From the human T2T-CHM13v2.0 reference genome, Homo sapiens: 64,000 nucleotides of DNA. Location: assembly GCF_009914755.1 (NCBI RefSeq), contig NC_060933.1. One strand, given 5' to 3'. Both the position numbers and the translations under genes were made by a program. The number at the start of each line of letters is the position of its first letter. Within the stretch, counting starts at the first letter, position 1. The notes under the pieces are model-generated. The model had not been told where the DNA came from, did not search any database, and was given only the letters and a program-made list of their open reading frames with translations. Positions 1-12,055 of this stretch are shown one piece after another.

Positions 1-888
1 AGGAGCCTATGTCTTAATCATTTTCGGAGACTGAGTATCAGGATAGGGCCTGGTATGTAGTAGGAGCTATTATGAAAGAATACATTTCATTATAATGTAG
101 CATATGCCATGCATTTATACATAATTTATACATAATGTAACTATTATAAAGTGAAAGCTTTATTTCAATATAAATGATATCAAATATAGAGTACTACGCA
201 TAATAAAAAAATACATTGTTGCTGGCAAGTGAATGGAAAGTTCAGGGTCAGCGGTATAAACTTCAGTCGCAAAGTATTCTATAGTTTCAGAAGCCGGAAG
301 AAAGTGGGTGGAAAATTTACAGATTTTGGAAATTGCTTCAGAATCAGTAAATAACAAAATTGGAGGCTACTTATGGGAGGTCAGTGTCATAGGCCGAGAA
401 TGATACTCCAATCAGTTGAGCTTTCCAGTCATTTGTAGGAGTCTGCCCTTCCAGGCTCAACATGTATTCTGTTCTTTGGGAGGCAGCAATGATCCAGTAA
501 CTCAAACACTTTGTCTTCTTGCTTTTACTTACAAAGATTTATTAACCACCTACCACTTAACATGTAAATATTGGAGGCTTGTGAATTTTATTTCTTATTT
601 TCTATGTGTTAGAAAAAAATTAGTGACCTAACTTCTATTTCCCTTGATTTCCTTGATTGCAGAATGAGTGTCCCCATAGTATGCTCTGTGCCGCCCATAG
701 GCACTAGTTAATGTGGCACTGAGGATGTCAGAGGCAGATTCTTCATGGATTCTGAAGTGAGCAGACTTAGAATAGGATTTCAGGGACTGAATGACCCACG
801 TAGAACTTCTTTCAGAAATTCGGCATCACATGTATGAATATACTCAGTCCGAATAAACCTCCATTCCACAAAGCATGTAAGAGATGGA

Positions 889-1345
889 CAGTTGGCCCTT
901 TGTGTTCACAGGTCTGCATCTGCCAGTTCAGCCGGCCCTGACTGAAAATATTTGGGAAAAAAATTACAATTAAAAAGTAAGAATATTCACCTTCTGCCAT
1001 GAGCAAAAGCCTCCTGAAGCCTCACCAGAAGCTGAACAAATGCTGGCGTCATGCTTGTACATCCTGCAGAAACGTGAGCCAAATAAATATCTTTTCTTTA
1101 TATTAAAAAAGGAACAATGTAACAATAAAAACATAAATGTTTAAAAATACAGTATAACACCAATTTACATAGCATTTACATTGCATTAAGTATTATAAGT
1201 AATCTAAAGATGATTTTAAAGTATATGGTAGGATGTACGTAGATTATATGCAATTTTATATTATGGACTTAAGCATCTGAGGATTATGGTGTGGCGGGGG
1301 CGGGGGGAGGGCCTGGAATCAAGCCCTCACAGATAATTGACTTTG
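889..1345 (-). mobile_element. MER2-like Tigger (TcMar) DNA transposon, interrupted by an MST-derived insert
   Basis: Starts CAGTTGGCCCT...GAAAATATTTGGGAAAA and continues AATACAGTATAAC...TTTACATAGCATTTACATTG...GGACTTAAGCATC...CCTGGAATCAA. This matches the reverse complement of recalled MER2/MER2B consensus. Confidence 0.8.
986..1110 (+). mobile_element. 3' fragment of an MST (MaLR) LTR ending in a short A tail
   Basis: CCTTCTGCCATGAG...CCTGAAGCCTCACCAGAAGC...CATGCTTGTACATCCTGCAGAA...GAGCCAAATAAA matches the MST LTR 3' part. It stops about 18 nt after AATAAA (1082-1087). Confidence 0.8.
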
Positions 1346-1654
1346 TGATAAATTGCTTTTGCTGAAGTGAGTTTACCAATAATGACACAATGTTATTTGA
1401 CAGTCCTGAGCATAAATGAAAAAAAAAATGTTGTTGGTACTTAATATTCTGATCACAATTTAAACATTTTCTTGACTTCCTTGCAGACAGCTGACCCCTC
1501 CATTGTGTCCTTGAGACTTCTTGTCTCCATGCAGACTTAGGAGACAGCTTCTTCACTAAGTGATCCCAAATCTCATGAGAGAGTGCTAGAACTTAGGGGG
1601 TTGTTTGGGGTGGGGCTGAGAAGGATGTGAGGTTCAATAAAAATAGAGCAAGAG

Positions 1655-2076
<422 letters not shown>

Positions 2077-2324
2077 AGAGCAAGAGGATATATACCAAGA
2101 ATTTTGTTTAAACAACAATGTCAGTGTTCAGAAGCTATATTTCCATTCTTTGTGCCTTAATATTTCCACTGCAACAAATGACCAGGAGAGCTGCCCGTAT
2201 CTTCCAAACTCTGAGACGAGGGACAAATAGGGCTGGAACAAGTGATGACACATGGCCCAGCATCACTGAATCCTGAGATGGAAGGGACCACAGGAGTTGT
2301 AATGTCTTGTACTGTAATTTCTCT

Positions 2325-2420
2325 TAAAAAAAAGAAAAGGCCCTGGAAAGAAAGTGACTTGGTTAAAGTTACAGAGCAATTACTGGCAAAGCTAAGACTA
2401 AAGTTCAAGTTTGGCTTCTA
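2325..2420 (-). mobile_element. MIR fragment
   Basis: AAGTGACTTGGTTAAAGTTACAGAGC resembles the MIR core (AAGTGACTTGCCCAAGGTCACACAGC). Confidence 0.55.
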
Positions 2421-3754
2421 GTTTGGGAAGTAGAATTCGTTTTTTAAATGGCCTTTTTGGAAAGTTTGAAGATGAATGGGATGAGAATATGTTTTGTTTC
2501 TACTTGTACTTCTTCAAAATAAATAGTTTGCATAAATTTAAATACTTTATCTACCATTATTTGGAATGATCAAAGAGTCCAATTAAGTTCGTATTAATCT
2601 GAGACTAAGAAACAGAATAGTTGACTTCATTCATTTTCATTTCCCCACTTTGCAGATGGGTAAAATGGGGTCTAGCTGAGGGCGGTGGTGTCCCTGTGAG
2701 CTCTCTTTGAAGCTCTCGCAGAGTTGGGACAAAGACTTTTTTCCCTAAGCTAGGTACCTGTTGAGTTTCTAGGAGATTACATTGTTCCTTAATGGAGAAG
2801 CCTGGCAGTAACGGCAGGGAAAGTTCAGTTCTACCTCCCTCTCCAAAGCCCCACATGCCCACTACCATTTTGCCTTACCCTGACTCCCTTTTCTTCCCTA
2901 CAACTAGGATTTTCACCCCGCTAATACAGTGGTGCCCCACACCCTAGATTTTTTCCAAACTCCTCTCTCTGTTGAATATATATCCATCCTGTGCGAAACT
3001 CCATAATAGCCCCACTCATCTACTAGGGCAAGATGGGTCCCAATAGGCTTATCACAAAAATAATCTGAAGCAATGAGTAAGATAGGCAATGTGTTAGTCT
3101 ACTCATATAACATCATGCCATAACTAACTTAACATGCGCATGGCTCTAAAATACCTCCCGTTTATGGTAAACTCAAATTTTTAACGAAATCTAAAGTGTT
3201 TTATTGAATCATACTTATAGCATAAAGCAAAAATGATAAAATACAAAGCCCCTGGCTGATTAAAAACTATTAAAATGTGATTCCATTTTTTGAAGGAGAC
3301 ACAAGCAACCATTTTGGGGGAGATATTGATCAGCTAGAGAGTGAACATCTCTGTACAGTGTAGGTCCAGAATTAGAGTTGGAGGCAGATTTACCTGAAGT
3401 AAATAGTAGCATCCAGTGGAATGAAGAAGGTCCTAAAATGCTAGGTGACAATCTGTACAGTCACTAGAAACATGGCTCCTGGTGGGAGAATTTTTTAGTA
3501 CTACAGCTTCTAAACCAACAGTGTTGCAGGAATGAGACAAGAACATTTTTAAAGTATAGCATTGAGTGAAATGCTAGCAGTATCTTTACTACTTCCATGC
3601 TTTGATCAGTGATCTGTGCTTTCTGACTGTGGGAGAAACATCAGAAATAGAACCAGTATTTCTTACTCAGTGGTTCACAGGATATGCTGCATCCTGCAGG
3701 ACTCACTTCAAACTTGCATTCTTGTGTCTTGGAACCAAGGCTTCAAATGTCCAT

Positions 3755-3887
3755 TCCTAGCTACTCAGGAGGCTGAGGTGGGAGGATCACTTGAGTCCAG
3801 GAGGTCAAGGCTGCAGTGAGCTATGATCACACCACTGCACTCCACCCTGAGTGACAGAATGAGACCCTGTCTCGAAAAAAAAAAAAA
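3755..3887 (+). mobile_element. 5'-truncated AluJ (right arm) or FRAM
   Basis: CCTAGCTACTCAGGAGGCTGAGGTGGGAGGATCACTTGAG...GAGACCCTGTCTC plus poly(A). GGAGGATCACTTGAG is J-type. Confidence 0.92.
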
Positions 3888-4084
3888 GAGAGAAAGAAAA
3901 AAAGCCCATTCCATCATTCCCTTAAGACAGCTGCTTCTGGGTGATGGGATACATAGTAACACCATGAATACCATAAGCATAGGCTGTTGCCTTGCTTCTT
4001 TTGCTGAAAAAGGAGTTGACAGGCAAAAGTGACACTTTGTGCAATAATATTTTGGTTAACAAGGTATCTAATGTCCTAATTTAA

Positions 4085-4960
4085 AAGGGAAATACATATC
4101 CACAAGGTGTCCATTCTGTGAGGACAAATCACTGTCTCTTGTGCAGTGGAAGGGGTTCAGTGTAATGAACCCTCCTGGAGGCTGATAACTACTTGTCACA
4201 GGCTAGTCCTCTTTGAGTATGAGCCTATATTTGGGACTTAGGGTGAGTCGTTGCTATTGGCATGTTACGTGATGACTTGCAACTGAGGTCCATTTAGTGA
4301 GCAGCCACATGGGACAAAAGCTTTCCGCACTCTGGGGCCATTTTAAGACCATACCTAGTTGTCTTCTGACTTCCCTGTCACCATCAGTCCTACAGTTCTA
4401 TTCCTCCAAATTCTCAATCCCTTAGCCAAGCCGGAAGCCACTTCTCATGAAACAGTGTAGATCTGCACCTAACACCGCCTGAGATGCTCTGGGAAAAGAA
4501 CACCTCATGTGCTGTCCAAGGTGCTGCCCACTGGGAGGATTTCTCTTCTTCACTGCCCTCCAGGCCACCCCTAACAGAAGCTATAACATCATAGCCATTG
4601 ATTTCAAGCTGGCGATTTCAAGCTCAGAGCTAACTGTTAAATAAGACACCGTGTTTTTTGCTTTTCAGTCAACTCTCGGTCATGAGAAACTCCTAGAGAA
4701 TACAGATGTGGGTTGAGGAAAGAGTAGGGATGTGTCCAGAGTGGATATTATCAGGAGTGTGAACCACTAAGTCAATCAACAGCCAGGGCCTGCTTGACCT
4801 TACCCTCATAGAAACACTTCATTTGATGGTGGAATGCGGCAACATGTGGTTTGGTATAACAGATAATACCCAGTTCATTGATGGGTACTCAGGTAGCACA
4901 GCCAACTGATATCCAGTGGATTGGTGTTCTGACAGTACCAAGGGTTAATAGCTAGTGTAG
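4085..4960 (-). mobile_element. Degenerate ERVL-class internal pol fragment (RNase H and integrase region)
   Basis: Minus strand has GAGAAATCCTCCCAGTGGGCAG (KSSQWA, as in ERVL RNase H) and GGTTCATTACACTGAACCCCTTCCA...TTTGTCCTCAC...GACAC...GGATATG. The latter resembles the ERVL integrase WQVDYIGPLP...FVLTGIDTYSGYG motif. Many stops and frameshifts. Confidence 0.75.
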
Positions 4961-4989
4961 AGTTTTTCTTAATGGTAATAGCATGGCTA

Positions 4990-7820
4990 CTTACACTTAT
5001 GAAGTTACCCTCTCACCATAAACAATTAGAAAACTGGCAAAATACAGGACATAGCTGGTTTATATGTAAATATATAAAAATAAATGAAACAAAATTGGAA
5101 AAAGTCAGTGCATGACTAATCGCTAAATGAAAGAAAACAAACAAAGTGATCTCTATATGAGCGGCAGTACTCTGCCTGGAATCAATTTCTATATGGCGTG
5201 CAGGGGCAGGGACCCCTGATAGTGCCAGGGGCTCATTGAGTTAAGAGATGGAGACTGGAAGTTAAGGACACCAAGGTGGGAGAAATTTGCAGAAAGGAGT
5301 ACAGAGAAGACAGAACTGTGCAGAAAACGAGCTCCGTAAATGTGGATACAGGTCTCCTCGAGTCTTTGGCTAAATATCAATATGCACATGGTTAGGGTAA
5401 AATACCATGAGGTTGAGCAGAAAAAAAAAAAAATGACAGGGGAGCCATAAGCCATAGAATTCCCAGAGTACATAGAGGGAAAGGAGACTTTTTGAGCTTA
5501 GACCACCCAGAGAATCTCCATTGATCACCTGGGGGCAGGAGGACCATGCCTTGGTTGTAGGGCTAAACTATCTCTAGAGTAAGGATTACTACTGACCCTC
5601 CCTAAGCCCTTTAAAACAAGCCATAAAGGTATCAAAGTTGTCACCAGGGAACTGAACAGACTGCAAAATGAACAAGTCAAATACTTTTTTAAAGGAAGAA
5701 ACAAAATTCAGATATTCAAGGATGTAATATTTACAATGTCCAGGATCCAATTTTAAAAGTATGAAACATAAGAAGCAGGAATATGTGACTTATAACCAGT
5801 TGATAAATCAGTCAATAGGAAAAAAATCACAGAAATGTCAGATTTGATTGATCTGTAGATAAAAACTTTAAAAAGAGCAATTAGAAATGTGCTCAATATA
5901 CTTACAAATTTGAATTAAAACCAAAATATAGGGAGATAAATGAAAGAAACAAGCCAAATAGAACCATATCAACATCTGAAAAAATTCTGGAGGAACTGTC
6001 AGCAAAATAGATAGCAGAAAAGAAAAAATTAGTGACTTAAAAATAACATAATAGAAACAAATTAAAGCACAGGGGGAAAAAGAGATTAAAAGTGAATGAA
6101 CAGAGTTTTAGTGATGTAAGGGACTAGATCAAGTGGCCTAAGATATATGTAATTGTAATCCAGGAGGGAAAAGAAAGGAGAAAACAAAACAAAACAAAAA
6201 TGTTGAAGAAATAATGGCTGAAATATTTTCAAGTCTGATGAAAGTTACAAATCACCATATCAAAAAGGTCTACAAATTCCAAGCAAGATAAACAGAAAGA
6301 AAATAACACTAAGGCACTTCATAATCAATTTGGTGAAAAAACAGAGATAAAAAGAGCATCTTAAATACAGCCATAGTGGGGAACAGCACATGACATGAAA
6401 AAGAACAGAGATTGGATTTATTGCAGACTTCTCATCAGAATCAGTGCAAACCAGAAGGCAATAAAATGGTATCTTTTAAATGCTGTCAGGAAGAAGAAGA
6501 AAAAAACCTGTCAACCCAGAATTCTACATCTATCTATTGTTCTGTTGATTAATGGATCATCTGTGTATTGTCGTTTAAAAAAATACAGTGTTCAGAAATA
6601 CTTCCAAACATATTAATTGATTTTTGACATGGTTATTCAATGGAGAAAGGATAGTTTTTTCAACAAGCGGTACAAGAACAACTGGATATTCGTATGGAAA
6701 AATGAACCTCAACATTTGCAATACACTATATGCAAAGTTTAATTAGAATTTAATTAAATTAAAATTTCTAGAAGAAAGCACAGCAGAAAATCTGTGTGGC
6801 TTAAAGGTAGTCAAAATGTGTTAGATAGGAGACAAATAGCAAACCATTAAATAAAATGTGATAATTGAACTTTATCGAAATTTAAAACTCTTGCTCTTTG
6901 GAAAATTCCACTAAGAAGATGAAAAGGTAAGCCACAGATCAGGAGAAAATGTTCACAGTACGTGTATCTGACAAACAACTTGTTTCCAGATTATACAGAA
7001 AGCTTTTACAACTCCACAATTTAAAAAGCAATTAAAATGGGGCAAAAATGTAATTAACCAGACCATGATAAGATGCTCATCATTATTAGACATCAGGAAA
7101 GGAACATTTAAACCACAATTAAATACTACTATATACTCCTTAGAACAACTAACATTTAACACATTGAAAATATCAAATATCAATGTCAAAAACACCTCAT
7201 ATACAAGGTGGTACAACCTCATTTTGGAAAACAGTTCATTGGTTTCTTATAAAGTTAAATATGCATTTACCATATGTCCCTGAAATTTCTTGTAGGTATT
7301 TAGCCAAGAGAAATGAAAATATACATCCATAAAAAGATATCACAGGAATATTTGTAGTAGCTTTATTCGTGAGAACCAAAACCTGTAAACAACACAAATG
7401 TTTGTTAACAGGTAAGGAAATTGTGGTATGTCCATACAATGAAATACTTAATCATTAAGAAGGAACAAACTGCTGATACTACTGATACATGTAAAGAATA
7501 ATCTTAGAAACATTATATTGAATGAAAAAGTTCAGACCCCAAAGTGTATATACTGCATGATTTCATTTATATAAAACTCTAGAAAAGATAAACCAAATGT
7601 ATGATGACAGAAGATGAGTAGTTGACTGGAGCTAGGTTCAAGGAAGGATTGGTGCAAAGGGGCAAAATTCTGGTTTGATCAAAATGCTCCTTATCTTGAT
7701 TTTGCTGCAGTTTTCCAGGTGTATAAATTTATCAAAACTCATTGAACTGTCCACTTAAAATGTTACATTTTATTGCATGTAAATTATATCTCAGTAAAGT
7801 TGACTTAAAAAAAAAAAAAG
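4990..7820 (+). mobile_element. Old L1M (L1MC/MD/ME-type) LINE with 5' region, ORF1 relic, ORF2 3' relic, 3' UTR and poly(A)
   Basis: A-rich strand. ORF1-like AACCTGTCAACCCAGAATTCTA at ~6505 and ORF2-like TTCAATGGAGAAAGGATAG...AACAACTGGATAT at ~6640. Typical 3' end TCAAAACTCATTGAACTGT...TGTAAATTATATCTCAGTAAAGTTGA plus A tail. Confidence 0.88.
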
Positions 7821-8028
7821 AAGAATACACTAACTTGCTATTGAGGGCAAACCCTTGCCCTTAAACTCCAGGGTTCTTTATTGTGCTTCTTCTGTCAGGC
7901 CTTGGCATGGGGTCCATATAGTATCCTGAACAGCCACTCTTCAAGCACCATTAGGTTCATTAATCATAAGACCCATGGGTAGAATTGCTTGTGTTATGGC
8001 CTGAATCAACTACTTTTGTTTTGGACCC

Positions 8029-8386
8029 TTTATTAGTCTGTTCTCATGCTGCTAGTAAAGACATACCCGAGACCAGGTGATTTATAAAGGGAAGAGTTTT
8101 AACTGACTCACAGTTCTACATGGCTGGGGAGGCCTGACAATCCTGGCAGAAGGTGAATGAGGAACAAATTCACGTCTTACATGGCAGCAGGCAAGAGAGC
8201 TTGTGCAGGGGAACTCCCATTTATAAAACCATCAGATCTTGTGAGATTTATTCACTACCACAAGAACAGTATGGGGGAAATGATACCCATGATTCAATTA
8301 TCTCCACCTGACCTCACCCTTGACACATGGGGATTATTACCATTCAAAATGAGATTTGGGTGGGGACAGAGCCAAACACCCCATTC
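8029..8386 (-). mobile_element. THE1 solo LTR (MaLR)
   Basis: TATTAGTCTGTTCTCATGCTGCT...TTATAAAACCATCAGATCTTGTGAGA...GAGATTTGGGTGGGGACAGAGCCAAAC is the reverse complement of a THE1 LTR. Confidence 0.92.
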
Positions 8387-8408
8387 AAAGATAGTAGCCA
8401 GTGCATTA

Positions 8409-9110
<702 letters not shown>

Positions 9111-10185
9111 TAAGTCCAAAGAGAGACAATTAATGTATTGCTTGTTTTCATTTGTGGGATATGCATGGTGCAGGAATTTTTCATTTTGGAGGGGATATTC
9201 TGATATTATATAGTTATCTGAACTTCTAGAATCATCTCTGAAATCACTGAGTTTCCAATGGATGCATCTCAACCTTCTAACATAAATGTGTTTGACAAGG
9301 CATTTAGGGTATGTGCTCCTGCCTGATCACCTGGTCTATTATTAGCATGATATCATATAAATTGTGGTCCAGCATAAAGTTTTGTCGATTAATAAAAAGA
9401 TCAAAGACCTTATTGCCGTAAGTTATGGTATAAAGCAAAATAATTAATGCAGCTTTGAGACCAGGATGGTGAATATATGCTGTTATTCCTGTCAGGTAAA
9501 AGCAACTTTCTTCTAATAGAGAAAATGTATTCACCAGATCAATAGACATATGGCAAACTCACAGAGTAAAGACAGCAGCAGCATCAATTGTAATCATCAC
9601 CTTACAACCTTAAAATAATACACTATCTTTCTCCAAGATCCATCTGATTTTTTGCAGAGGTCAAATAGATCAGTTAACTAGAGAGATGTAATAGAGATCA
9701 CTTCCCTTGCAACTTTGAAGTCTTTGTTGCTAAAATAATTGTGTTAGGCTGCCAGGGATGCGATGATGCATTTAGTTCATTACTTTGGTATGGAGGGGAT
9801 GCCACAGATGCTTCTATTTTACCCATTGTATCATAAAAGCCCTGATTCTTCAAGCCAAAGAGTCAATGTGGTGGTTCTACGAGTCGCTGAGTATACCTAT
9901 TCAAACTACCTCCTTAAGAACTATGAAAATAACAAAAAGATGTGTTCACAGATTATTCTAGGCCCAAGTGAGACTGAAGTAGCCTCACATTCCAGTTATC
10001 AATGGACTCTCCTAAACATCCATTTTAACTTACAGACTGTGGTGATTTTCTGGAACCCTAATGATTAGCATTAGTTTTGAGTCGCTGTCCAATAATCCCT
10101 AAAATGTCCAGCTAGTTCTATTTTTCTAGTCCAAAATTATGTGTAAATTGCTGCAGTTTCCTTTGAGGAACTGGAATGAATATTT

Positions 10186-10372
10186 AGAGTTTTCTAAGTG
10201 TGGTCCCTGGACCAGCAGCATCATTATCATCTGGGAAATTCTCAAAAATGAAAATTCTCAGGACCCACCCCAGCCCCTGTTAATCTTAAACTCTGGGAGT
10301 GGAACCTAGCAATCTGCATTTTAACAAGTCCATATAGGGATTCTGGGACACACCAGAATTTGAGATCCACTG
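10186..10372. mobile_element. MER5A (hAT-Charlie) DNA transposon
   Basis: AAGTGTGGTCCCTGGACCAGCAGCATC...AATCTGCATTTTAACAAG...TTTGAGATCCACTG. Confidence 0.85.
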
Positions 10373-11088
10373 ATTTAAAGTGCATATTCATGGTGGTATG
10401 ACGGGTTTTTGTTTTCTTTCTCTTTCTCTCTAAGCGTAAGCATCCTCTCTTCATTCAAGGGACTCTGATCTATGAACTGACTCAGATCTGAGAATTGTGA
10501 ATCTATTACTGTGGTTTGGTTAGACCTCTGTTCACTAAACCTATAGCTCTTAGAATTATGTGATCATGTAGGACCTTAGCTATATGCTCATTGATTTTGC
10601 ATCTAAGATTCCTGACCAATGAGATACTATATGCTGTATTCCCAAGACTTGGCAAGACCAGGCCCTTTCCTTTAAGAAGCTCAGGCTAGATGGATGAAGC
10701 AGATCTTGCTGAGGAATATGCTTCAAGGACAGCCTGGAAGAGCCAGACGCTCTGATTTTAAAAGGAGAGACAAGAAACAGATTTCTGATTGAAGTATGAA
10801 CAGGCCAGGCAAACTAAGGCCAGAAGTGGAATGACCAGGGCATTTATGGATCAATGTTCTGCCCCTTTTTGAATTTATGGGTGGAGTGCTCCCATCTCAG
10901 CCAACCATGCCCAGAGCTGGCATCCGCAGAACAGGAAGAAAGCAGTGGTATTAGGAACTCCCCATGCTTCAGTTTAGGCAATGTTAGCACTGTACCTCCA
11001 GCTAACAGATGAGATGGACTCTCTGTGGCTAAGATGAGACCCTCAAGAGAAAATTAAGTGGCCATAGCAGGAAAAGTGGTTTGGTCAC

Positions 11089-11441
11089 TGATATGGTTTG
11101 GCTGTGTCCCCACCCAAATCTCACCTTGGATTGTAATAATCCCCACGTGTCAAGGGTGGGACCAGGTGGAGGTAATTGAATCATGGCCTTGATTTCCCCC
11201 ATGCTGTTCTTGTGATAGCAAGTGAGTGCTCAAAAGATCTGATGGTTTCATAAGGAGCTTCCGCCTTCACTCGGCAGTTATTCTGTCTCTGCCGCCCTAT
11301 GAAGAGATACCTTCTGCTATGATTGTAAGTTTCCTGAGGCCTCCCCAACTAAGTGGAACTGTGAGTCAATTAAACCTCTTTCCCTTATAAATTACCCAAT
11401 CTGTTATGTCTTTATTAGCAGTGTGAGAACGGACTAATACA
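11089..11441 (+). mobile_element. THE1 solo LTR (MaLR), complete
   Basis: TGATATGGTTTGGCTGTGTCCCCACCCAAATCTCA...GGACTAATACA with TG/CA termini. 5-bp TSD GTCAC/GTCAT. Confidence 0.95.
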
Positions 11442-11519
11442 GTCATATACCTTAATGTTGTTAACTATCGTGATGTTTGTTAACTGCCATAAACTTTTCC
11501 TCCTGTGATGAGGCAGAAA

Positions 11520-12055
11520 CCTGTTGTAGTGTAACACTGCCCAACTGAAGTTGGTGGACTGCCTGATGCCAGCTGACCATGGCATCCCCATATTGAGGGT
11601 CCTGCAAGCAGCACTGATTGGATAGGAGACTGGCCTTGCAAACATTCTTTCCTGATAAGAAACCACAGACCCTAAGCCAGTTCCAGCTGGCTTACAGAGA
11701 CTAGGTACAAGATGTCTCTGTGCCCTATAGTTCACCTTTTGATGTAAAAGCCAAATTCAACCTCATCTTGATGTTAAAATCCCACCCCAAAGTGAACATG
11801 GGATGTATGTCATATATGTGTTAACTCACTGCACGTGCACTAGATTTTCTCCATAATTATTCATAGACATCCCCCAAACCTGATGAATATGCAGGTTAAA
11901 TCCTGGAAGGCTTAAATGCCTGTTTCCTCTCCTTCTGTGTAGCATGTGCTCACTGTTCCCGGGAGGCTCCATTCCCAATCTGCAGATTGTTACTCTCAAA
12001 ATAACATTTTTTCCTTTATCCTTCCTCCATACATCTCATGTTCATTTTATTAACA
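11520..12055 (+). mobile_element. Probable ERV1-class solo LTR (family not assigned)
   Basis: LTR-like text (CCCCAAAGTGAACATGGGATGTATGT, CCCCCAAACCTGATGAATATG), degenerate poly(A) signal near 12000, and end ...TTAACA. 5' boundary uncertain. Confidence 0.6.
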
